NCBI GenBank assembly: GCA_002104945.1
Contig: MCFH01000028.1
Coordinates: forward strand, 1 to 64,000
DNA length: 64,000 nucleotides
Reading direction: 5' to 3'
Source of the DNA: Piromyces finnis finn
Lineage: Eukaryota > Fungi > Neocallimastigomycota
Under the pieces are notes generated by a model. The model did not search any database and was not told the origin of the DNA. It saw nothing but the letters and a program-made list of their open reading frames with translations. A program made the translations under genes and the position numbers. This document shows positions 41,007-52,594 of the stretch, piece by piece; the first letter of the stretch is position 1; every line of letters starts with the position of its first letter.

Positions 41007-43028
41007 TTGGGCTATCAAAACTTAATAAATCTACATTATTAGTGTTACTTCCTGCTGGTACTAAAGCGGTAGAATTACTATTTCCAGATGCTATTTGAGA
41101 AAATGGATTGTTCATCGATACATTATTATTATTGTTGTTATTATTACTGATACTATTTCCTGTTTTTTGAGCCATAATTGCACTAAATGAATTACTACCT
41201 CCAACATTACTGTTACCGGTATTTTGGGCCATGATAGTACTAAATGTGTTATTATTATTTCCGTTGTTATTAGATTGATTCATTAAATTACTAAAAACAT
41301 TAGTATTGTTAGTAGTACCATTTCCTGTACTCTGAGCCATAATACTATTAAATACATTATTGCTATTATTATTTCCATTTCCAGTAGTTTGTGCCATTAT
41401 GCCACCAAATGAATTATTATTATTATTATTATTATTTCCATTGCCAGTAGTTTGTGCCATTATCGTACTGAATGAGTTATTATTATTTCCATTTCCAGTA
41501 GTTTGTGCCATTATCGCACTGAATGAGTTATTATTATTTGAATTATTACCAGTATTCTGAGCCATAATATTATTAAAAACATTATTACTATTATTATTTC
41601 CATTGCCAGTATTGTTTGACATCATATTACTAAATACATTATTATTATTAATGTTATTATTAGAGTTTCCTCCAGTTTTTTGAGCCATGATTGCACTAAA
41701 GGAATTAGAGTTTTGTTGTGAAGACATTGAATTATTGTTTGAATTATTAGCAAATGGATTAGTTGAACCGGTTAACATATTACTTTGATCTGAGGACATC
41801 AATAACTTGTTATTATTGATGGTACTCATTCCATTCATGTTATTCATATTGTTCATTCCATTCATGTTATTCATATTGTTCATTCCATTCATGTTATTCA
41901 TATTGTTCATTCCATTCATGTTATTCATATTGTTCATTCCATTCATGTTATTCATATTGTTCATACCATTCATATTATTCATATTGTTCATACCATTCAT
42001 ATTATTCATATTGTTCATACCATTCATATTATTCATGTTGTTCATACCATTCATATTATTCATATTGTTCATACCATTCATATTATTCATATTGTTCATA
42101 CCATTCATATTATTCATGTTGTTCATACCATTCATGCTATTCATATTTCCATTATTTGCAAATGGATTTCCATTACTAAAGAAATTATCCATATCATTAT
42201 TTTGAATATTTTGGAAATTTTGAGTTTGAGATTGTTGCTGCATTTGGAAACTTAAAAGTTGTTGTTGGGCAGCTAAAAAGTTATTTGGTATGGAATTATT
42301 ATTATTATTAAATGAAATTAATTGGTTATTTTGACTGAATTGATATTGAGCTCCTGGTAATGGGGTTGGTTGACCTAACTCTTCATCTAAACTAGCAAAG
42401 AAATCAACACTATTATTAGTAGTCTTTTTTGCTGATGGCCTTGATGCTCTTGAATGAGTTGGTGTTTTAGTTGGTGGTTCAATTCTTGGTTGAACAGTTT
42501 CAGATGTTTTATTATCAGTTTTAACTTAACATTTTTAAAATATTATATTTTATAAATATGAAAAAAAAAAAAGATATCATTAATATATTATTCTATTAAA
42601 TATTTAAATCAATATAACCTACTTTGAGATGGTTTATTATCTTTTGGTTTATTTTTATTTTTAATGTAAGCTTCTCTAGTAGCATCAAAATCTGGATTAT
42701 TTAAATATTCTTGTAATGCCATAACAAGAGATATTGGAGCCTAATAAATTTTTTAAAGATAAAGGATATTTTAATTTAAAATGTATATACTGTATATGTA
42801 TATTGTTTTTTCTCAATTTATTTATCACTTATATATAAAATTAAATAATATTCTATTTAGTACTCACATGCTTAATATATGGAATATCTATTTGAAGAAC
42901 ACTTTGTAAACTTCTTGCAAGTTCAAAGAATTCCATAACCCTTGTTGTTTGTTGAACGAACATCTTATAAACTTCAAGAGCAATACGTGCTTGTGATTGA
43001 ATCATTTCAAAATATACCTCTTTTTTTT

Positions 43029-43067
<39 letters not shown>

Positions 43068-44612
43068 CATTAATAAAGGAAATATATATATATATATATA
43101 ATGTTTCTTATTGATATAATAAAACAATACCCAAAATATGAATTGTTCCTTCATTTAAAATATGGAAAAGTGGCATTAAATCACCAAGAAGTAAACGAAA
43201 AGCTTGGATCTTAACTACATTATCAAACTTTGTAGCTTCAAACTAAGATATTTTATATAATATAATAATAAATATTATATTGGAAATATATACTTTAAAA
43301 TTAAATTATTAATTGTATTTTTAAATATTACTTTGCAAGCTAATAAGGCATTAAGTTGTCTTTGAAGTAAGGCAACCTCACTTAATAAACCATTTTCAAC
43401 AGGAACAGAACGAATATGAGCAACCATAAGATCTCTATTTTCTCTCGAGGATACGAAATCTGTTTTTAATTGTTTGTATACTTTGATTCTTTCCTTTAAA
43501 TATTGAGCATATGGTTTTATTTTTCTCACTTGAATAATTATATTATTTGATATTATTTTATTTCAATTATTGTAATTATAATAATAGAATAGATTGAATA
43601 AGGAAAATAAAGTATATCTTTTAATATTTATTTTGGATGAAAAAAAAAAAGATAATATATATGAATTGTAACTTTAATAATAATATATAAAAATCAATAC
43701 ATACTTATTTCTAATAACATTTAAATATATCATCATTAAATATTTTTGATATATTATTAAAATTTACATTATAATTTTATTAAAAAAAAAAAAAAAATAG
43801 ATAAATAAAATATAATATATAATATATAAAATATAGGAAATATTATTTAAAGTTACAAAATATACAATATAAATAGTTAAAAGAATGTTAAAAAGGAATA
43901 GTGTAAAAGTATATAATTTTATAAAATAATATAGTATACCTATATCAGTTTTAATAGATAAATTTGGTAATTCCCACCAATCTTCTGTTGAATATGCTGC
44001 AAGATATTCTAATATTCTAATGCTATCACCTTCTCTCATTAATATATGAATTAACATTACAGCTTTATAAACAATCTTGATAGAATTATTAATTAATAGA
44101 GAATAAGTATTATATAAAATAATGATATTATAATTATAATAATTATTATAATAATAATTTTTGTTATGGTATATTACCACCCAATTGCTATCTAACATTT
44201 TTTGATGTATTAAGTAAAAATAATCATCAGGTAATATGTTTTTTTGGTGTGTAGCTTGTATTAAAACTATTATCATGATTGTTATTAATATTGTGTAAAA
44301 GGTGTTATTGTTGATATTTTAAAAATAAAAAGTTTGAATAAAAAAAAAGGAATATAAATTTTAGTATTTTATTTTTATTTTTATACAATAATATTGAAAT
44401 TATTTATTTAATACCATCAATATGCTTCTTTTTAAATGATATTTGTTTTGATATCAATAGCTTGGAGATTGATGTTTTTACCATGCTATTTGTAACAATT
44501 CCCCTTCCCTATTAATTAATTAAATATATATATATATATATATTTTTCAATTAATTTATAATTATTTTGGCTATACATATATTATAAATATTTTATTTCA
44601 ACTTACCGACAT
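40594..44612 (-). CDS. ANTH-domain clathrin adaptor (AP180/CALM/Yap1801-1802-like), multi-exon
   Basis: ANTH motifs across exons: KKKHIDVLIQAT, SNWVIVYKAVMLIHILMREGD, EKVRKIKPYAQYLKERI...YKQLKTDFV, and QAFRLLLGDLMPLFHILNEG. The disordered tail has NPF motifs (NPFA x2, NPFS), DLLSF and FFADF. The start ATG at 44612 lies in a 6-nt first exon (inferred). Confidence 0.9.
41829..42135 (-). repeat. Coding 27-bp minisatellite, 11 units encoding MNNMNNMNG
   Basis: The ccattc anchor recurs every 27 nt from 41831 to 42128. Confidence 0.95.
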
Positions 44613-46225
44613 TATGAAATTTATTTAACTTATTTATGGTTATTATTACAATTGTCTATTAATGTTCTATTAATGATATTTATTATTCATTATTATTATT
44701 TTATTTTATTTTTTTTTAAAAAATAAGTATATTTAGTATATTTTATTATAATTATGTTGTACAATAACATACTCCTATTTAAAATTTATACTCTATTTAT
44801 TTATATATTTATATTTATAATTAATCAATCCTCCATTTAATATGGTATTAATAGGTAAATAAATAAATAAATAAATAAATTATAAAATTACAAATAATAT
44901 ATTTTTATTTCCAATGAAAACAGAAAATATATATATACAAATTTATTCTAATATTTATTTTCAATTATTTATTACTTTTACTACTACCACTATTTATTTA
45001 TTTATTTTTTTCCTTCATAATCAACATTATAAAATAAAGTATCAAAACTTTAGGTACATATAACAATTAATAATTAAAAAAAAAAAAATTTAAAAATTAT
45101 ACATTTTATTTATTTCCATTTAGTTTATAAACAAAACCAAAAACCAAAACTAAAATGATAAATTGTATAAAAATAATAATATCTTTTACTAACTTTATAA
45201 ATACTTTTTTTTATTTTCTTTTTTTTTTCCTTGTTCTTTTTTATTTATTTATACTTAAAATGTGTTTTATTTTATTATTACTTTTTTCTTTCTTTCTTTC
45301 TTTCTTTCTTTCTATTTACAAAATGCTCTTTTTTTCTTCAATATTTATTATAATGAAAAAAAAAAAAAAAAAAATTTTAAAAAAATGTAATATACAAAAT
45401 AATTTAATATAAACAATTTAATTCATTTAAAAATTTTTTTTAATTAATTCTCTAATAATCAAGCCACATATAATATTGATTTATGGCTTGAAATTCTAAG
45501 AATAAATTATAAATAAAATTAAGATCAATGTATGGAAAATTAAATTAATTGTTTTTATTATAAAATTTCAATTATTGTATATTACATTATACATGTAATA
45601 TATGTAATTTAGGCTAATGAAATTTTAGAATGACTATCCTTCAAGTTTTTTCGATGATGGAAAATGAAAAAAGTTTTTCTTTTTTTTTAAATAAAAACTA
45701 AAAGGTGATGGTTAATTCTCTTTATAAAAAGGTTTTTATTTTTTTTTAAAATGTATAAATTTATGAAATTGAAATTGATTATTATAATGGTTAAAAAATA
45801 TTTATTTTTTGATATCATTTATTTTATTAGTATTCATTATATTTCTATTAAATATTTCTATAAAAAATTATTTGAGAATAGGTTGACTACCTTGTTAATA
45901 TTATTAATGAATTTTTTTAAAAATGGTATATCATTCCTTTTTTTTTTTTTTTTTTAATTGCATTTATTTTAATCTAATATTATTAAAATATTTTATTTTT
46001 TATATATTCTTTTTTATTATTTTACTTTCTCTCTTCATAAAAAAAAAAAGAGAAAATAAAAATAGTTTAAAAGGTGTAATGAAAAAAAAATTTTTTTTTT
46101 CCCTTTTTTTTTTTAAATCTATTTATTTTCTATATACATATATTAAATAGTAATGGTAATGATAAAAATTTTAACTTTATAATCAATAGATTATGAAGAA
46201 TAATAATGTTTTTTTTTTTTTTTTT

Positions 46226-49200
46226 CTAGTTTTCTTTATTTTTTTTAATTAATGGATTTTTGGATATTTTATCTGTTTCATCAAATTCTTCCGCTATATA
46301 ATCGTCAAAAAGATCAATCAAGTACTGATTTGAATTACGTTTATTATTTTCTTCTGGGGTATTCTTTTTTATAAAGGTGACATTATTATTGATTATTGAA
46401 GAAGATGAATGAGAAAGCGTTAATGAATTACCTTTATTTATCATCATAGACTTTCCTTTGGTTGGTGATGATAGACTATTATTTGATTTAGATAGCTGTT
46501 TTAGGGAAGAACTATTTCTTCTATTATTTTCTATTAAAGGAGGACTACCGGGCATAAACGATTGACTTGAGGAAGGATGATGTGAAATTGAAAATCGTTT
46601 CAACGAATTCGTTTTCTTACCTTCAAAAATATTATTTGATGAGAATGACGACGTTCTTCCCGTTAAAACAATACTGCTTCTTTTACTATTACTATTCGAT
46701 TTATTATTTAAACTGTGGATTGACGTTCTTTTATTTGAATCAATATCTGTTGTACTGGTATTCTCTGAAATTGATTCCATTTCACTTGGTATATTCTTTT
46801 TGATGGTATTGAGCGTTTTAACGGATTCTAAAAATGAAATACGTCCCTTGGAAAATAATGGATTGGAGGTGGAGGGTTCCTCACTTGGTGATTTAACATC
46901 AATAACTTCTTCTTCTTTTTGTTTAGGTTGATTATCCGGCCATAGCCTTTGTATCATTTTACATAAATCATCTTTTTTAATAGGCTTGGTAATGTAATCA
47001 TCCATTCCAGATTCTAAGCATTGTTCCTTATCACCGGGAAGTGCTGCTGCAGTAACCGCAACAATTTTTATGGGACTTAATGGATATAATTGACGAATTT
47101 TACCGGTTGCCTTCAAACCATCCATTAACGGCATATGGAAATCCATAAAGATTAAATCGTAATTCTTTTTCTTTAATGCTTCTAATACTTCTAAACCATT
47201 ATTAGCTGTATCTGCTGTAATCTTAAGATAACTATCCAACATTCTTTTTAATACATTTTGATTAATAATATTATCATCAGCAACTAAAACACTTAAACCA
47301 CTGTAATCTAATGAATTAACCTTTTTGACCACCGGATTCATACCACCAAGAAGATCAGTAAAGCTTGCTGAGGCCTGGATACTCTTTAAATCTAAAACAC
47401 TCTTAAATAGCTTGGTTTGCTTAAACGGTTTAATAAGAATATCGGTACGTTTAAAGTGAATAGTTTTTAATTTTTTCTTTGATTCTTCCATGGACCCCTG
47501 CTTCATAATAAATAAAACAGGAATTTCAAATAAAATACTATTCTCTGGATAGGATGAAAATTTATCTAAAAATTCAAATCCATTTTTATCCATATCAACA
47601 ATAATGGAATCAATCGGTTTTGTATCCTTACTCATGTTCATACGTTGATACTTTATTCCTTCTATTAATTGATCTGGCGTTTCAAAGACTTTGAATTGAG
47701 TATTCCATTTTGTAAAAAGTTTTGTTATTGTATTATCGATATACTCTTTTGAATGTAAAATGGCAATATTTCTATTTTCTAAACCTTCAAATTGCTTTTT
47801 CGATGGTTGGGCACTCTTTGCACCATAAACCTTAATTGTAAATGAAAATTTCGTTCCTTTTTTATTCTTACCACCTTCAACCCAAATTCGACCTCCCATT
47901 AATTCACTTATTTCTTTACTAATTGCTAAACCTAAACCTGTACCACCATATTGACGTGTGGTGGAAGAGTCAACTTGTGAAAATGGGATAAAAAGTCTAT
48001 CCATCTTTTCTTCGGATATACCAATACCAGTATCGGCTACTGTAAACTTTAATTCATACGCTGTACCTAAATCTTTACTACTCTTTAAATGATCTTTTTC
48101 AAGCATTGAAGCTAATAAATCATTTGCCTTTGTATCCTGTTCTACATGGGATGATAATTGAATAGGTGGTAAAGAATTATTCATTACCGTAGGTGTGTAG
48201 ATAGTAGTATTGCCATTATTTAAGCTTGCGGTATTTGATATTACTGGATTTTGAATTAAATTTGGATTATTTAATGAATCTTGAAGCAATAAATTATTTT
48301 GGGATTGTTCTTGAACTACAGTTGCTGATGCTAATAAATTACTTTGGGAATTTGATTTAATCATTGACTTAGAATTAATTGAAGCTTGTTGTGGTGGTAA
48401 TAGGGCTTGTGGTTGTATTTGTGTTGATAATATGGATTGCGTAGTGTTATCGTTATTAGCATTGTAGATATTTCCTTGATGTAATGAAGCATTGTTAGGT
48501 GGTAGTTGATTTAAAAATGGATTGGAACTATTTTCTGCTAACTTATTTCCAAAATATTTGTTTTGAATATTTATTGGGTTACTATAGTTATTTGTTTTAT
48601 TTAATAATTTTAATTGATTTTGTTGTTGTAGTTGTAAAACATTTTGATGAATAATTTCAAAAACATTAATGGGTCGAGATTCCACTGTAATCTTAATTTC
48701 ACCTTCTTTGGTAAATTTAACTATTTTATTTAACATATATATATGTATTGTTAATGATAATTATATTATTATTGTTAAGGAATAAGTATTAAAATATTAA
48801 TTTTCCTTTTATTCTTAAGGAATATTACTATCATATATAAAATATTCATTATTTATTAATAGATAGTTTACCTGCATTATTAGCCAAGTTTAATAAAACT
48901 TGATTAATTCTTGTTGGATCCCCAATAATAGTGTCTGGACAATCATCTGAAATTTCATAATATAAACTTATTTCATTTTCTAATGTTTTGGGGGCAATGA
49001 TTAATAAACAACTTTCAATGGTACTGATAATATTAACCGGTCTACTTTCTAATATCATTTTTTGACTTTCAATCTTAAGGTAATCTAAAATATTATTTAA
49101 AATACCTAAAAGAAATTCTCCTGAACTAATAATTGTTTCAACATAATCTTTTTGAAGCGAAGATAAATTAGTTTCTTTTAAAAGGGTTGCAAAACCTAAT

Positions 49201-52200
49201 ACTGAATTCATTGGGGTACGAATTTCATGTGACATATTAGCCAAAAATTTACTTTTCATTTCTGTAGCACCTTCTGCTGCTTCTTTTGCGGCTTTAAGAT
49301 CTATTTCTATTTTCTTTCTATATTCAATTTGATCTTGTAATTCAATATTTCTAACTTGCATTTCTTTTAAAAGTTGTGATGTTTTATTCTTTTCAAATTC
49401 TAATTCTGCTGTTCTTTGTTTAACAAGATCTTCCATATGATCACCATAGGATTCCAACTATTTATTTAAATTTTTATATTTATTAAATAATAATATATAG
49501 GTGTAAATATTTGGGTGTTGAATTTGAATAATAAATGATTTATATATACATATATATATTTAAAAATCTCACCATTTCAACCATTTTATCGGCAACACTA
49601 TTAAATTGTTTAGGATTAATATCTCTAACCATCATTGCTAATGTTGACATTGCTGGTCTATCATCAGGGTCTTCTGCCCAACATTCACATATAATTTTAT
49701 TCATATCTTGTATACCTTCTTCTTCACCATTTAATACTTGCATCGTTGGTCTCAACGTACTATTGCAAACAATGTTTTTAATAATATCTTTTGGATTATA
49801 ATCCATGTCAGAGAATGGTAATTGTCTTGTCATGATTTCATTAAGGATAATACCAATACTATAAATATCTCCTTTTTGATAACCAACAACTTGGTAGGCA
49901 TCACCATCAATATGAATACATTCAGGAGCTGTCCATAATAAATCGTAATAACTATCCCCATTTTCTATTTCATCATAATCATTTGCAGAACGAATGGTCT
50001 CTTTTACTTCTCTTAAACCAAAATCGGTAATTTTTAATTCCCAACGACTACTAATTAAACATTTTCTTGAGGTTAAAAGTCCATGGTATCCAATTTTAGA
50101 TTGATGTAAATATTGCATACCTTTAATAAGATCACTAATTAATGAATATTTGAATTGAAATTCTAGTTTATGATCTTGATGAGCAAGAATTTCCATTAAA
50201 CTACCCTTGCCAACATATTCTAAATTTTTTTTTTTTTTAAATTTATTACATTTTTTATAATTATAATGAAAAAAAAAAAAAGGAGGTGAATTTTATTAAT
50301 ATTTTATGAATAAGTAGTCAATATATATTAGAAATTTATTATTATTATTATTATTATTATTTACCAGTAATTAATCCAATCCCATCTAAAACATAACATA
50401 TACCCACAAAATGGATAAGATTTGGATGTCTTAATTCTCTTAATTCATAAATTTCTTCTCTCATTCCCTGGGATAGTGTGATTTTTCTAGATTTAATTTG
50501 TTTAACAAACACTTGCAAACCATTTCTATGTTTTTATTTTTAATATAATATTAATATAATATTGACGTCATCGTATATTCCCTACTAGTATAATTTGTAT
50601 TTTTATTTTTACCTATATCCGATCATTCCTGTTCTTGTATATTGCCAAGGGGTATCCGTGACTAATTCTTCATAATCAACATCCCAAAGCCAACCTTTTT
50701 TTCTTTGCCATTTTCCTTTTGATTTATACAATACATATATTATTGGAAGAAGTACTACAAGAAAAGAAATAAAGATAATATATCCATTATAATCACAATT
50801 TTCACCAAAGTACATAAAAGTACATTCACATATGCAATTCTCATTTGATTTTCCATTCTTACATATTTTTTCACATTTTGGTTCACTATCTTTATAGTCA
50901 ATACTCTCTTTAGAATCCTTAATAATACTTTTTTTCATATCCTCTATTTTTTCTTTTCCAAATAACGTATTCTTTAAATCATTTTTTATACCAATAAATT
51001 TAAAAAGGTCGTTATCTGAAATTTCATTTATAGCATCAATACCTTCTTTTATTGATTGTTTATAGTCACTACTATAATAAGAAATAATAAAATTGTATAA
51101 TCAAAAAATAAAAAAGATATAAATTATAAAATTTTAATTTTGTTTGATATCAATATAATAATTATTCTATTCAGAGATATAAATGATAGTATAAATAAAT
51201 AAATAAGGGTACATACTTTTGAGATTCTATTGAAAGTGAAGGCTGAAAAATAATTCCATTTTTATTCAAATCTTCTTCATTTGTTATATTAAATTTATCA
51301 TAATGGCCTAGTGATACTATTTGTTGATTTCTGTATTTAATTTCAATATAATTATCCATAAAATAAGAATACTGTGTTATTAGGTTAAGTGATATACTAT
51401 ATATATTTATGAAACCACGATTGTTCCGTTTTTTTTGGTCAAAAATGGTATCATAATTATAATTTATATATGTAGTATTTAATGATTCACGTTTTTTTTT
51501 TTCAAAATATTTATAGGTATCAATATAATTTATTATATAAATATATTATATTAATAAGGTTATAATTAAGATAATAAAAGTAATTTATATTGTTTTATTT
51601 TGAAGCAATAGCATTTAATGTTAAAAAATTTGGACATCCTATAAAATAGATAGATTACCTGAAAATTTTTTTACTTATTTCATCGGATTCCTCTAAATAG
51701 CCTACACTTCGAATTTTTTCATTATTATTTAAATACTTATTGATATTATTTTTCATAGTATTTTTATTATTTTTCATGTGATAATGAACTATACCACAAT
51801 TATAATTATTCTCAAGATCAATTTTTAATTTTCCGTTATCATCGAAATTACTTTCTTTGATAATAATATTATGGAAAGTTACATTTTTTGTTGAAAAATA
51901 TAAATTGTTTCTTGCATCTGAAATACCTTTTAGGAATGAATTAAGAGCAATTATATTTCCATATAATGATTTTTCTCCTTCTTTTTCTTCCTGTAAATAA
52001 CATATAGAGCGTAGCTTTTCTACTACTCCTGCTGAAATATATCCTGCAATATATCTTTGAAAAATATATATATATATATAATTTATTTTAATATAAATTA
52101 ATTTTTTCGTTAAAGTATTATTTCCTAATTATATACCTGGCTTTCCAATGTTCCCATGCTATTAAATGAAGGTTGTTATTTATATTTTCTTTTTTTCTCA

Positions 52201-52594
52201 TATCATCATTACTGTTTTCATATTCACCAACTAACACAAACATAGCATCTTTATATTCATTTGCGAGATTTTCAAATTTTGTATAAAAAGCCATTGTATT
52301 ACCGAAGAATAATTTATTACCATTACCAATTTCATTTTTAATATCATCCTCGGAAGTTTTGTCTGAACATTTTACTGATAAACCCTTGTCTTGTAATTGC
52401 TTACAAGCCTCTTTTTCCTGATTGTATGAAAAATTATCATCTTGTAAAAATACAGCTGTTCCATAATTATTACTCAATATAGGTTCTTGAGGTATTACTT
52501 TATCCGTACATATTATTATCAATAATATTGAAAAAATAAAGGTATTCAAATGAAGAGATTGTAAAAATAATGAAATTACATTTACATTAAACAT
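46226..52594 (-). CDS. Single-pass receptor hybrid histidine kinase (~1790 aa): signal peptide, BMP/PnrA-like domain, EGF-like module, TM, pseudokinase (KHD), coiled coil, HisKA, HATPase_c, degenerate REC, REC; 8 exons
   Basis: Exons 52594-52137, 52054-51659, 51396-51217, 51071-50613, 50525-50365, 50219-49573, 49457-48872 and 48720-46226 sum to 5382 nt with consistent phases. Motifs: H-box FLANMSHEIRTPMN (His codon 49229-49227), N-box QVLLNLANNAVKFT, G1 DTGIGI, G2 GGTGLGLAIS, and receiver VLVADDN...LIFMDFHMP (Asp codon 47143-47141)...VTA...ITKP. Confidence 0.9.

Noticed and set aside
40598-42205. ORF-track entries rich in L/I/F (e.g. 40598-40801, 40802-41098, 41360-41560, 41807-42205) and similar poly-I/Y/V ORFs at 17825-18064, 26314-26668 and 39264-39482
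   Set aside because: They are antisense or alternative-frame readings of AAT/CAA repeats in real genes or microsatellites.
51397-51658. Apparent in-frame stop in the HK ectodomain suggesting a broken gene
   Set aside because: A 262-nt GT..AG intron (51658-51397) restores the frame in the correct phase.
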